Under the pieces are notes generated by a model, which was not told the DNA's origin, searched no databases, and was given only the letters and a program-made list of their open reading frames with translations. This document shows, piece by piece, positions 23,465-37,520 of a stretch of 64,000 bases of DNA. Numbering within the stretch: the stretch's first letter is position 1; the number at the start of each line of letters is the position of its first letter. The DNA is from Phoronis australis (lineage: Eukaryota; Animalia; Phoronida). Where the stretch lies: NCBI GenBank assembly GCA_002633005.1, contig NMRA01000084.1, positions 172,320 to 236,319 on the forward strand, in the 5' to 3' direction. The translations under genes and the position numbers were made by a program.

Positions 23465-25637
23465 CTGCTCACTTGAGAATGTTGATTTATAAACACGCTT
23501 TCGTAGTTTTCTCAGTAGGCCTATGTGAACCGTAAATCAAAAACTGTCCGATAACTATGCTGCTATTGCGCAAGCAGACGACATAAAGGGTCAGAACCGA
23601 AGTTTGAATTTTGAAATTAATTACCAGTAGCATTGCCAAAAGTACTCACAATACCAACACTTCTACTATTGAAAGACTTTGAAAAGCGTTTCAATACTGA
23701 AATTAATATAAATTAATGTTTTTTCGCTGTTTTGGTCAGTAAAGTAGATGCAAGTATTTCTCGTCAAATTACACTGACCGGAAACTGCAGCAGATAGGTC
23801 AGGAGAGTTCAACTCAGCTCGTAAGAATATGCCGGAGTTGCGAATCTGTTGTCTATAATCTATGGTGTGACTCTCTCGCTTCACACTTGGCACCATCTAA
23901 ATAGCTCCAATACTTTAGCTAACTCCTGGCTCATCGGGCTGTTTGGCACCGGACGGCGAACTGTCCTCTTCACTATGTGTTGAACTGGACTTGCATTCAC
24001 TCCCACTATTATAAAATACGGAAAAAAATCTTATTTTCATTTCCGCGTGTAACTTTCGACAGGTTATTTTATGTACTGAACATAGATTCAAGCATTCGCG
24101 ACCTGCTAGTTGTTGCTAAACCCGGTAATCGCTGCTTATCTACATGTAGCTATATATTGGACTGCTGTCTTCGTGGGAAGTTAGTATTTGAAACAAGGCG
24201 GGCTCATCGCCATGGTAACGTTCCTTAGACCAAGTTAGTGGCCGAGACTTCGCAAATCACGGGAATGAAAAACACATGTTTCACGAGTGTTGCCGGTAGC
24301 TTTCAGACATTGTTTCGAGAATGGACACGAGTCAGTGAACATGCTCAGTGCATTAGAGTATTATACAAAGAAATACAAAGAAATGTCTGTAACAAGTCAA
24401 GTAATCTAACAATCAGCAACACATTGCAAATCATACGTTTGGTGGAATTGATTAGATTTGTCATGATATTAATAATGCAGCTTGGTATTTGAATTTGTCG
24501 TTTTTGCATCAAGTAATGTATTCCATTTTAATGAACTATGATGTCTAATCACCACACCACAGCTCTGTTTCGTTAGTCAGGAGCCACAATATCATTATAC
24601 CAAGAAGCGGAATAGATAGGAACCTGTTACATTACAAAGTGTATGCTTATACCCACAAGGAGAACTGCGGTTCCCGGAAAATGTATCAGTAACAAGAATA
24701 TTGCGGTGCGTGAGAAAAAAGAAACAGCTCAAGATCAAATATTTTAAAATCATACTACCAGAACATTGTTCATGACAACAGAACCCTGTTCCTGACAACG
24801 CCCGTGTAAACGCTGAGTGAGAAGGGAAAAGAGAGAGATTGTTTGTGGTGTTCTTTCTTCACACTCGATGGTCCCCTTGCCTATACAGTACATGTTTAAA
24901 GCGTTGCAAAAAAGTTATGTCCTATACCCAGAACTCCGGTGATATGAGACATTACTAAAAAATTAGCAATTGCATGACACGCTTCGAGTTTACATGCAAG
25001 CTTGTTCTCGTATCACGCCGTGTGATTGACAATCTGAGTCCAAGTCTCGTGGGCCCAGTTATAGGTGAGGAACATACACTCTTTCACAGTGCTGCGAAAG
25101 GTAGCACTGCGGAATGTTGTTTAACATAGATTCTCATTGGTTAAATAACGAAACCAACGACATCACATTCAGTCATCTCCATTGGTTGAAATCTGGGAAA
25201 CCTCATTCAATTTACGTAGTATGGCGAAGACTTTTGACTTGAATAGTTGCAATTCATTAAAACGGGCAGAGATCAAAGCAAACAAAATCAAGAAAACCCC
25301 GATCCAGTGGCTTAAGTACAGTGCATAGAAGGCGTGTGCAAGTGGTGGCGATGTGATCGGTAAACTGCTGACCAAGCATGCGCACTGATGCTCACACATT
25401 GAATTCCGTGTGTCGTTCATCATGTTTCTACAGGGCCACTTCTCAGTATAGGTGGCGCTGTGTCAGAGGATAGTGAGGAACACATCGCTGCAGACTAAAA
25501 CCGGAGTGCATTTGAAGCGACCTCTGTAATAAACACAGCTAGCCAAGCAAGGTTGTAAAGGGACGTGAAGAGATTAAAACAAGACTGAAAAATAATCATT
25601 CCAAGACTCTGAAAAAACGACCCAACAGGCACATATA

Positions 25638-27120
25638 TCAGGTGTCACAAGAAATGAACCACTTTTTGAGAAGTCATTTCTCAGCATTTGACCAACCGAA
25701 TTACTTAAAAAATTTCAAAATGTATCTTCAAGGTATCGTCAACAAGTCCGCAAAGTATATTAGAGAAATATAAATAGTTATAGAAGAACTGTGAAATTCA
25801 AAAAGCGGAGTGAAAAATTTAATATCATTGTGCCTTTCACCGTTTTCATGCTGTGCTAGCATCTGTCAGTCAAAAAATTGCCTGCCTGTCTACTGTATTT
25901 TATTGTCAGATCTGTATCCAAATCAGTGATCAATTTACAATTGGAACCTGTTTCAAGGAGAAAGAGTGGAGCGCAAGAAGAATCGTAAATGAGTTCCCAT
26001 GAAAACGGTGGAGTCATGCAACTGTAAATAGACTTGTTGCTAAAACGCGCAGCACAGGGTCTGTTGCTCGTAAAAGTGGCAATGGGAGACCAAAAACTGC
26101 ATGATCGAAAGAAAAGTAAGATCGTGTTAAGGAACTGAATCAATCTCAAGAGAACAACCCGGGGAATCCCAAATTTCTGAGAGAAGTCGCAAACAATTTA
26201 CAAGTGAGCAAGTCTTTTGTGCAAACAATGGCGAAAAAATGGAGTTAAAATCCTGTAAAAGAATGTGGGCATCACGGAGACATCAAAAAAGAAAAACCCG
26301 ATGCCGCTACTTGCATGACAGCTATTCAGTCACTGCTGAAAAAGCCTTAACGTAGAAATCGCTAAATGGGTCGTGCTTATGGTAAACAAGAACGAGAAAT
26401 TCAGCGTTCTCGATTCTATCAATTTTTCAAAAAGTATATTGATGATTTCTGCAGGAGTATCTTGGGAAGGAAAAAGCAAATTTTAATTTTACTGACTCAG
26501 ATAGAACCAATGTTAACAGTCAACGCTACATGCAGTTATTGGATGAAAATCTTCTCCCGGATTGCAGGCGATCCTGGAAACAATTACGTGTTTTAGCAAA
26601 ATGAGGCTCCTTCACACACGAGCAAGATAACCCACGCTCATCTGGAGGAGGCCGCACAGAAATTCATCCAAAAAGGATGAATGGCCTCCACTCAGTCCTG
26701 GCAATCCAATGGACTATGTCATAGGGACTGTCTGAATGAGGAAGTTCACCGGGCAGTGAGAGGCAAACTGACTGAGCAAGTGTTAAAAGACAGGGTAATT
26801 ATGTCACGGGAGGGAATCTCGATGGAAGAAATACGGAAAAGCATTCTTGGTTGGAAGAAACAGCTCCGTTTATTAGTGGAGGAAGATGGAATCCACATTA
26901 AACATGGACTGAAATAAGCGAGCTTCCCTTTGACATTTTATTTTTTGACCAGATGTTTTTAATTTAACAGTACTCGCGCAATTGGACACACATCTCTTTG
27001 ATATCTTGCACAATTGTTGATGGTATCATTAGGTTCATCTGTAAGAAATACAAAAGATATCGATATATCCGTTGCTGAGAAATTACTTGTCAAAAAGTGA
27101 CTCATTTTTGCGACACATGA
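25638..27120 (+). mobile_element. Tc1/mariner-superfamily DNA transposon with decayed transposase
   Basis: ~50-bp imperfect TIRs (TCAGGTGTCACAAGAAATGAACCACTTTTTGA... / ...TCAAAAAGTGACTCATTTTTGCGACACATGA) flanked by TA. Remnants NVNSQRYMQLLDENLLP, *QNEAPSHTSK (QQDGAP.H) and WPPLSP..NPMDY (WPPxSPDLNPxD), with stops and frameshifts. Confidence 0.88.
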
Positions 27121-29643
27121 TATTTCGGCCTTCTCAAACACGACACAATGCATGCACACATGAACTTTAACGGATAATTTTACTCGTGCAGACTTACCAC
27201 GTCCAAATAAGAGCGGAATGTCGCTAGTGTTATCTCTAAAGTTCGACGCTCTGTTTTTCATGGTTGAGGAACTTTTTAGTTTAAGTCACAAGAACATACC
27301 ACTGCCATGAGTCCACTCAAATTTCCCCGATATGAAAAGACTCCTGTGGTTCGACCTTAAGAATAAATGCGTTTTGAAATTCTTGGGTGAAACTGAACTA
27401 AAATCGCATCCTAGCACCAGTGCAGCTTCACGGCAAACTTAGTCGATACGATTCGTGCCCCATCAGTAAAACACAACAGAGATCAACAATTGCACAAATG
27501 TTGTGTCCGATATCTTTATGACCTTCATTTGCCCCTTGTACTGACCTGGACTTCAGTCGTAAATAGAATTATCGTGTTTTTCTCTCATCCACTTGTCTTT
27601 GCAATAGAATCTGTTCATACGCAACTGAGAAATGAATTGTCACTCCGTGATCAGTTAACGAACTCAAACTCTATCCTCTCTGTATTTTGCATTGTTTATT
27701 AATTGGCTACCGAAAAACCGAATGATTGAATTAAACCAAGTTACTCTCATAAAATTGGTCTCGCATAACACTTTACCGTAATAGGATCCCAGTTCCGTTG
27801 CCAATAAGAATGTTGGAAACACCAGCGTCTTAAAAAAGCGCCTGAGAACTTTTTAGAGAAGTTGGCCAATCTAAAATAAGGAATTCGAAAGTAGCGAATG
27901 TACGCATCATTGTTTGTCAGTTGAGTTGCTGCCATGGCCTATTTCGCAGCTATTCAGATAAGTGTGATAATGTATTTAAACCTCAAAGAGCTTGCTTGAG
28001 AACTGAACAAAATTGACAGCTCATAGGAGTGCTGCTTTCAGAACACGGCACACACTACAGTGTATATGTTCACACATCTTTTGGTTGTGCTGTTAACGTA
28101 CTCATGAATAACGGTAAAATGCCACTGACCAACGCAATTCAAATCCCTCGTGATGGGCTGATATCTACCAAACATCATTTCAACTGATTATATATGTAGG
28201 CCTACTGGTCTTTGCATCGTGCCGACACGTACGGCTAAACCAGATCATAGATGTAAGTTACTATGGCAATATTTATGTATATTCTGCAAGTGATGTAAAT
28301 CAACCAAACGTTGTCTGTTATATTGACCGGGAATAGCTGTTGGTACTTCCGAGACCCTAATATGGTCTCATGATCGATGTACCTTGATTTTTTATCGTCC
28401 ACGTATGCTTCTTCCTTTGTTCTCTNAAAAAAAAAAAAAAACCCGAGACATGCGCCTTCCTGAGCATGCATTTGTGAGATATAATTCAATCAATATAGTA
28501 TCACGGAAACATCACGAAGGTGATCAGGTGTTCTATAAGCTGGCCGTTGATGATGAATATATCGCTTAATTGTTTCCTGCTATCTAAGATAAACTGAGCT
28601 GTTCTCTTGTTTGATTTTGCGTCATTTTCACGTTTTGGCCGAAATAAAAAAATTAATAATGATTTACGTAGTGCTGTAAATAACTAAACTTTTTGAGTAA
28701 TATTACCTGGATACGGAGCTGATCAATCCTAATCCCTCTCAACTCTGCGAGAGCATACAACGGTTGCATCCATTGTCGGAGCCCTACAATTAACCCAAAC
28801 ATCCAATATTGTAAAATGTTCAAGTTTAAAAAAATTCACCTGTGGTCAATTGAATCGGAAAAATTCCAAGACCTGCGAATTGAAAAAATGACGTGACTGT
28901 ACATTTCTATTCCTATATGTGGATTTAAATCGCGTCATAGTAATGTAAGATACGTGCTCACTAAACTTCCCCATACAGTACGTCGACGAGATTTTACCAA
29001 CATACGGCGTCCATGAAGACTAATAATCCTTACTTACATGTACATGAATTGAACTTGTTGCTGCTTGAAATAGCTACCATGAATTAATTTCAACCATCTT
29101 AATACAATCCTTTGTGAACATGACGTCCAACACTATCCGTATACATGTGTATACTTGAGAGGACCCTGCTTTGACTGGAAAGTACATTTATCAATTCACG
29201 TATGCACATGGTCAGTCACACGGCATTATTTCAACGATGTTTTGTCGAATCATAGGCAGACGATCTTCAATTTGACGTTGTTTAGGGACATATATGTATG
29301 CCTTTTGATAAAAATCATTGAAATTTGTTCCTCAACAGTTTAGAGTAATGATAGTCATACATTTGGTGAATGAGATCAAAAGTCCAATCGTAAGCCTACT
29401 CTGTAGCAGGCTGAGTTTCGGTCTTAGCTTAGACCGATCTTTGTCTTAATTTTGTCTTAATGAATTTCATGACAACACGTTTTTAGCACAGTTAGTTTGG
29501 CGCTAGTTAAATAAGAAAAAGCTTCATTAAACAGGTCTCAACAGTTTATGAATTCTGTAGCTTGCAATCGGTCTGTTTAACATGGACCCACACACCCACG
29601 CGTACATGCACGCACACACACACACACGTGTATATACACACAA

Positions 29644-30703
29644 TAGTCGGTGGGCCAGATTTTGTAGGGCCTCTAGAAAATGGTTTTTGTGAGTACTTTA
29701 GGGGGGCAATTTTATTTTGGTGTTTTAAATTCATTTATTAGAGTGTTTTCAAAATCTAAAAAGTTCCCACATATAAAGTTGCACATTTTTGAGAAATTTG
29801 AGTTTGAAGTTACCTAATAATCACCAAAGAGCTTAGTAAACTTATGTTTGTAAAAACAACAGTTTTGGTGACTTTTTTGTAAAACAAGTCATATGGTCCC
29901 ATCAGTGCCATTGTATTGAACAATATTACACTCACATTACATGTTTTACTATTGTAAATTAATTGTAAACAGTGAAATTTAAAAAATGTAAAGAGACACA
30001 TAGTGGCAGAAATGCAAACTAAGTCTGAATGTTACTAGGAAGTTATTCTGGCATTGTCAGGCAACAAAAATAACACAAAACACTTGAGACTGGGCAAAAT
30101 TTGTGCCTCAATGACTAAAACATTGACTAATGGTGTAAAATACAGCTTGTTTGCATAATACACCAGAAATACGTTACAGTACAAAAACAATATAGTTGAA
30201 TGATTTCTGTGAGTGTGCAAAGACTGTATGAAAATAATAGATTATTCTGACAGCGTTTATCAAGCAGTATGAGACAAATACATGACAATGATCAAAGTAT
30301 GTACTTTCTATGACTTAATCAACAAATAAAATTAAGTTTTTAATACNGGAAGCTTTCCTAAGGTTCTTTAGGCTCTGACATCACAATTTTGTGCTGTTTG
30401 ATAAACCTTGAATTATTCAGGCATCACACTCCAAGGGAGCAGCCATATTGAAGTAACTAAGCACAACAATACAATCTGGCTCTCTGATTAGTCAATTCAA
30501 TAGAAAAGCGCCATCAAGTGGCAGGAATGTGCATCATATTTTGTGCAACAAAAACACCTTTTTTAAAAAAATGTGCAAGTGTAGACGTGAGAACTTTTTG
30601 GAATTTGATTCATAGGTATGTTATATAGCCACATAGAAAAAACTAGGTTGCCCCCCCAAAGTACTCACAAGGATGAACGCTATGAGACCTGGCCCACCGG
30701 CTA
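29644..30703 (-). mobile_element. Academ-type element, copy 2 (both ends only, joined at N 30347)
   Basis: Same TIRs (TAGTCGGTGGGCCAGA...CCTGGCCCACCGGCTA). 29644-30346 matches 4204-4906 and 30376-30703 matches ~6003-6332. TSD does not match across the gap. Confidence 0.8.
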
Positions 30704-30719
30704 ATATACATTGTACATA

Positions 30720-32015
30720 TGCAGGCATGCATGTATACGTGTGTGTGTGGTCACTTGTTGTCGTCACTTTTCAGGGCGTTGGGGGAGGGGGGGGGGGTCA
30801 ATTTGCTCCTGCGCCTGTGGTCAGGAAGAGGTAGCTTTTCTGTATTTTGGGGGAAGAACTTTTCTGGATGATATCTAGAGAACTGATTGACTGATTTCAA
30901 TGAAACTTGTGATACCGATGCGCCCGTAAGATTTGATTTTCGGGTGCCGGGCCACTGTAGCACCTCCTAGTATCCAAATTTTCTTGACGTGGGGGTCTCA
31001 AATGTTGTTTTGGAGAAAAGAGCGCTTTCTGATGGTATCTAAATAACCGTTTGGCAGATTTCATTGACACTTGACACAGTGGTATACGAATATGATGGAT
31101 TGCTCCGGCACTATTGGCCGGAATCGACTACTTCAGTGCACCCCAGTGGCCATTTGTGTGAAATTGCTTCCAGATGATACATAGAGAACCCAGTAGAGGA
31201 TTTCAATGAAAGTTTGTGAAGCAGCGACACAATTAAATTTTCAGGCGGATTCGAATACAGCAACTCCTTCTAGTTTTCGACATGGAGCTTTTAAGTGTTG
31301 TTTGGGGGAAGAGCACTTCCGGACGATATCTAAACAACCGATTAATAGACTGCATTTAAACAGAGGCATGTTATAATTTTGGTGTGGATTCGACAACAGC
31401 AGCGCCTTTTGATAGCTATTTTATGTGAGAGCGTTTTCGGATGGCGTAGAGAACCCATTGAATACGATTTCTGTAAAATATGGCGCAGAGGCATATGATG
31501 CCAATGCAAGGGGGATCATTCAATTTGCGGGCGGATTTAACCATTGCGGCACCTCATATAGTGAGTATTTTGTTCTCGTCAAGGAGGCTTTTGTCAAGTG
31601 TTGCTTGGGTGAATAGCGTTTCCAGGTGATATCAATAGAACCGACAGATGGATCTTGATAAAACTTGATTCAGAGGTTTACGATGTCGCTTCGTCGGCCT
31701 CATTTTATTTCGGATGGATTCAACCAATTCAGCATCTCCCGATGAAGCACTTGATGGATTTTAATAAAACTTGACATAGAGATATGTGATGTCAATGCAC
31801 CATCACCATTAAATGACTGGGCGGTTTCAATTAATACAACGTCTCCCAGGGTTTTCGTGTGTTTCTAGGGTAAGAGCATTTCTGGATGCTATGTTAAAAG
31901 ACAGATGTCAGATTTCAACGAAACTTGACTCAGCGGCATGTGACAACAGTGCATTTGATTTGCGGGCTGGTTCGACTTCTGCAGCAGCTCCTAGTCAAAG
32001 TGGCGTTGCTCTTGT
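30720..32015 (-). mobile_element. Second Helentron-like element of a related family with a diverged internal tandem array
   Basis: Ends with GCGTTGCTCTTGT (reverse complement ACAAGAGCAACGC, as at 51451). Recurring GATTTCAATGAAACTTG and GAGCNNTTTCTGGATG motifs. Left boundary is approximate. Confidence 0.55.
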
Positions 32016-32695
32016 CTACGAATAAAATAGCTTAGAAAGTAATGTAAGCCTACTACTACAACCCGGGAAATATTTCTTCGTAGCGGAAGTCGCCGTACAG
32101 TGTTTGGGCCAATCAGAAGACAGATTGAAGTTTCAGTGGTCGTAGTATAACCATTATGTCCAATATTGAACAAAAGCCCTATACATAAGTACGTTATAAG
32201 TAAGGTGGAGCATCAAGTGTAGAATTAATTGCTATTTATTTGTTTTGTTTTGTTGTAATTTGTTGTTTTGAAACTATTTTTTATTTGCTCGGCATTTGAC
32301 CTGTGCGAGAATTGTTTTATCAAAAGATGTTTTCTTGCGTATCACAACAAGGTTATTGTATGAATGACCTACACGTACGTACACCCCGGCCAGCACAGTC
32401 TGGATGTACTGGAGTCGTGGCACGCAGAAACATTTTAACAAACGTTCATTTCTGTGGAAAAATATAGCACAGTTCATGATACGAATAAACACAGTTTATA
32501 ACAATGATGTGGGAACGCGGTTCCAGCAATGCGGGGATAGTCGTGGTAGTATAGTTGGGTAAATTACCCTTTTTCTTGGTTGAACGGTAGCTAATTGGCT
32601 AACAAGGTAGCAATAGGAAGTTGATGGAGAGCAGCATATTCTAACACAGTCGTTGAGTTGCTTCTGACACACAAAGTTTATTAACTCTAGCTACA

Positions 32696-32710
32696 ATGTG
32701 TGTGTGTGTG

Positions 32711-32770
<60 letters not shown>

Positions 32771-32913
32771 NGGGTGTATATTGTTCCGGGGCATATACCC
32801 AATGGGGCATATATAGTTGCGGGCTATATATTATATATATACCCCGGAACGAGGTCTCAAAATTTTACCCCACTGCAAGGTTTCAAATAATAACCCCATA
32901 TCTGCATACAAAC

Positions 32914-32952
<39 letters not shown>
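32696..32952. repeat. (TG)n/(TA)n microsatellites around N 32771
   Basis: TA tracts at 32713-32770 and 32917-32952. Confidence 0.95.
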
Positions 32953-32956
<4 letters not shown>

Positions 32957-33390
32957 ATAGAAATATGTGTGGGTGGTGAGTGCAAAACAACAACAACAAC
33001 AATATTTAAAGATCCGGTGATTTCATCCAACTATACATGTAGAATGAGGTTATTTGTAGCCAATAATCATTGGGTTTGCTGCAGTATGTTGGAAGATGAC
33101 CTCCATCGATGTACTATAAATTGCATAAGAAATTGTTGTATAGGAAGTAATTAGTTGCTGTATCTTGCCTTACATGGCCATGTTACTTGTATGTATATAT
33201 ATTGATGCGACCATAGAATGAAACATTCTGATTGATATTCTAGTATTACGGAAACATGGCGTTATTTTATTAACCGGCATGTCACACTGACCAACAAATC
33301 CACTTCGTGCACAATGATCCACCAATCAACAACAGGTTATGGGAAGTGCTTACTGTTTGTCGGCGATGAAAGCGTTTGACTTATGGTAGG

Positions 33391-33607
33391 TGTAATGGCT
33401 TGCGGAGAGAGGAGTGAAGAAGACATCTTTACTTGAACACTTTTGGCTAACTACTGTACAACAACATATATTTGCAATACACAAGACCACATGCATATGA
33501 GTCACATTTCATAGAACTGCTTGACAAGACTTATATAATAACCAATTCTAACTAATTGTGCCATATAAGGTAAGTGTAGCTCCAGTACAAATCACAATAC
33601 TATTACA
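33391..33607 (-). mobile_element. 3' LTR of the Gypsy element
   Basis: Starts with TG directly after the PPT; inverted termini TGTAAT...ATTACA; 217 bp. Confidence 0.65.
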
Positions 33608-35265
33608 TCCCCTTTTCTCTGAAAAACAAGAAAGTAGCACTAAGAAACCTAAATTAACAACAGTTAAAAACGATAAACAAATTACCATCCTAACAGATAT
33701 TTCACTCAACAAGACTACCAGCTAAGTGCTAAAATAATAAACAAATAGTATCTAACCATACAGACTAATCAAATTACAAAAGTTGCTATTCTTGCAAACT
33801 GATACTCAGCAATACACACTTACTGCCAAGAAGTTATATAATCATTAAACCTGGAGGATTTCTTGATTTACCTTTCTGCCCCTGTAACTACAGGTTTTGA
33901 TTTAATCTCTGGTGAATCATTACCAGTGTCACTTGTTGATTGAATGGGATTTTCTGTTGGTTTAGTATTTCTGTCGTAATACTTCTTTTTTCTCATTTGA
34001 TAATTGGACATTTGTGAATGCACTTCATCAGGTTAATTGCTTCAGGTTTCAGCAACGCATTCGAAGTAGGTAATATTGTCCTGGTACGTCTACCCATTAA
34101 TCTTTGAACTGGGGACCCAATAATTCCGTCTCTTGGTGTATTTCTCAAGCCAAATATATATCACCATTTGTTTCACTTGTTTTCATTATCAATTGCTTGA
34201 TAACATGAACAGATTTCTCTGCAAGACCATTTGCCTGCTGGTGACCTGGAGATGATGTTAAGTGGATAATACGATAGTTTTCCACACATTCTCTGAAAAT
34301 TCTGTAGAAAACTGAGGCCCATTACCTGACACTAACTTCACCATAATGCCATAACGTGCAATATTTGCTTTGATATGTTTAATCACTGTAAAAGCATTCG
34401 TAGAAGGTAATGGGGACACTTCAATGAATCCTGAATAATAATCTACCATCAACAGGTAGTGTCTGTTTCCATATTCAAACAAATCACATGCAACCGTGTT
34501 CCATGGAATAATAGATTTCTCAAACAATTTCATTGGCTCTGTTGGCTGGTAGTTTCGATGTTTCAAACATGCAGCACATCTGCCAATCATATCTTAAATT
34601 TGTTTGTTCATACCTGGCCAAAATATAATATCACGAGCTCTTTGTTTTGTCCGTGTCATTCCCGTATGTGATTGGTGTAGCACACGTAACATGTGCCGAC
34701 GGAGCGTAGCGGGAATACATACTTTATCTGCTCTGAAAATAACACCATTGTAAGTAGCTAATTGATCTCTGCAATCCCAATAAGGTAATGCGATGTGAGG
34801 TACTTGTGACCTATGTTCTGGCCAACCATTCAAAATTAATTGCTCTACACACTGCAGTTCATCATCATCACATGTTGCCATAGCAATCTTATCATGCACA
34901 CAATTTGCTAGAGTATCAACCTTACAAACTATGGGCTCATCATCCATGATAGCATGTCATCACCATTGTGAGGTAATCTACTCAAACAATCAGGTAAACC
35001 AATAGTAGTACCTTTTTGCACAACATATTGAATGAGTATGGTTGAAGTTTCAGGATCATTCTTTGAATTCTCATCGGAGACATGCCTATTGGCTTCTTAA
35101 ATAAACTCTCTAAAGGCTTATAGTCTGATTCAATTGTGACTTCAGGCATACCGTAAGTCAACTTGTGAAATCGAATGCACCCAAAACATACAGCTAACAT
35201 CTCTTTCTCTATTTGAGCATCTGTTCTGAGGGTGTTAGCGCCCTAGAGGCATAAACAACAATGCC
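33608..35265 (-). mobile_element. Gypsy/Ty3 LTR retrotransposon pol remnant (RNase H, integrase) with polypurine tract
   Basis: ORF fragments: AQIEKEMLAVCFGCIRFH..SDYKPL (RNase H); H..H.G..RTKQRARDIIFWPGM (integrase Zn finger); PWNTVACDLF..LLMVDYYS..VSGNGPQF (rve). PPT AGAGAAAAGGGGA at 33620-33608. Confidence 0.92.
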
Positions 35266-35864
35266 ATCATTGATAGTTTCTTGTACGGTGTTATTTTATT
35301 AATCGGCTTATCACACTGACCAAAAAATCCACTTCGTCCACAATGTTCCACCAACCATCAACATAGTGTTCCACTGCATGCCTGCTGAGAGGTATCTATT
35401 TGGTCATGAGTCGGTGTAACCACTAGAAGCACACGTTTTTAACCCTTATTAAATGGTTTAAATAAACGCGTTACGATTCCGACCCGAAGATCACACCGCC
35501 ATTTTGAACTAACTGCGAAACCGGAAGTACAGCTCATTCAGGAACCCAGGCTTAGTACAGGGATATACCCAGGTTTCAAAACCCTACTCGCCAGCTGGGC
35601 GAGTGAACCAGAAAATCTACTCGCCCAGCCCAAAGTTCAGTCGCCCGGCCGTTTGCGTCTGTCACCACCGAAACTTGTAATCAGTGTAAACCAAAGTCAT
35701 CGCTTCTTGCGTTGACGTCACCATCTGTTAGAGCCTCGCTGGTTCCCTATGTGCCTAGCCACCGCGCAGGTGCAGAGGCACGCGCTTTAGAATTGGTTGA
35801 CGTAACCTCAACCGTCATTGGTTAGCTTTACAACACCGTGAAAAATGGCGGGCTGTGAACGATG

Positions 35865-36235
35865 TTTAGAATTATCATGCAAGTGGCGTCGCAGCAACTA
35901 TTTCGTTTCTGTAATGATGTTCAATAGCCGCGTGCTTGAAGCGCATACACGTACAAAAAAAACATACCTGGCCTATTTAACCGATGTGTTATTCATACTG
36001 TATGAATACAGGACAGTATCGTAAACAAATGTCATCGACAGAAGAAAGATGTTCTCCGAAAATGCGCCACCGCAATTTTTAGGATTCACATTTCACGAAC
36101 ATAAATTTTAAGCACCGATTTGTCTATACAACAAGCCACATTTACACTTCAGTCTATCAGTCATGCCAGTTTGTTTGCTTAAAGCGCTGCCTGTTGATAT
36201 TTCGACTAGCCAATCAGAAACGCCGGTGTAAAAAT
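35865..36235. repeat. Dispersed repeat, inverted copy at ~51095-51440
   Basis: CATGCAAGTGGCGT.GCAGCAACTATTTCGTTTCT, TACTGTATGAATACAGGACA and AAGCACCGATTTGTCT appear as reverse complements at 51200-51440. Confidence 0.75.
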
Positions 36236-36769
36236 ATCCCGAGAAAAATTAAGTGATACCTGGGCGAGGTACCAACATTTGACCATAGGAGCACTTAGAG
36301 TAGGGGCCATGTGTTGTTGCTGAAGCACCTTTCCTGCTGGCAGTTTCTATGGTCATTATACAAAAATAGCTGCAGTATTAATCATCAATTAATGGGTTGT
36401 TTTTTGACACTTCCTGGTATCCCAAAGTTTTAGTGTTGTCAGGTATTTTCCAAAATGTCGTTACTTTCCGCCATCATCCATTTGGCACTAAGTGTAAGTA
36501 ACCCTGTTATTAATTTTAAGCAAGTAGAGAGTTCAGTACACGCGAAAGTATCACGGTAATACAAGAACTCGCCACAAACTGCAAACTGATCACGTGATCA
36601 CAGCACCCTCCTTATCGAAATCCTTGATTTTACAAAGCTCTACCAAAATTTAAACGGTATCTTCGTTATCTGATTAATTTATCAAATATTTACAACTGAA
36701 TGAAGTGGTGAGAGTTCTGGAGGCGGCACGCAAAACACAGAATGGGTTATTGTCTGTCACAGCTGGGCC

Positions 36770-37520
36770 ATTTAGTAATCAGTAACTTCTATTTGAATCT
36801 CATGGAATTGTTTATTGTGTCATCTCGAATACACATATATGAGCTAGCTCCTTTTTAGGTCTCGTTTTTGAGTTTACGCCGGACCCTTTCCAGAGGACAA
36901 TTTGTCTTCCGTGGATCATCCAGTGTTTGTTTTTAGTCAGCCGGTGCCACGAATATCTAATGTAGCTAAAATTTTCAATGGCATGCCGTGGTTGGTATTT
37001 TTTAGCATTTCAGACGTCAAGACCAATGTCATAGGGAATTTAGTGATCACTGACATGTATTCTTTCACATGGAATTGTTTCTTGCGGTACCTCGAATGTA
37101 TGAGCTAGTCCATTTTCAGGGCTCCTTTGGGGGTTTCTGGCGGTCCCCTTCCAGAGTGGAATTTGTCTGTCATGGTCATTCGGTGTTCAGTGCGGTACTT
37201 TTGTTCGTTTTAAATTAGTTAAGATGGTACCTCGAATTTCTAAACTAGCTCAAAAATTAAATGGCATAAGGCGATTGACATTTTTAGGGGTTTCTGGAGG
37301 GCACAACCCAGAGTGTATTTTGTCTGTCACCGGCATTTAGTGATCAGTGACATGTATTGAATCACGTGGATTTTTGCGTGGTACCTCAAATGCATGAGCT
37401 AACTCATTTTTTTTTGGGGGGGGTCCCTTTTTGTTTCTGCTGGACACATTCCAGAGTGCAACTTGTCTATCATGGGTCATTCGGTGTTCGGTGTGGCATT
37501 ATTGTCCGTTTTAAATCACA
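36770..37520 (+). repeat. Diverged ~250-300-bp tandem repeat array
   Basis: Recurring GTACCTC(G/A)AATG..TGAGCTA, CCAGAG.G.AA.TTGTCT and TTTAGTGATCA.TGACATGTATT motifs. Confidence 0.55.

Noticed and set aside
32696-32979. (IY)n ORFs
   Set aside because: These are translations of a TA microsatellite spanning an N.
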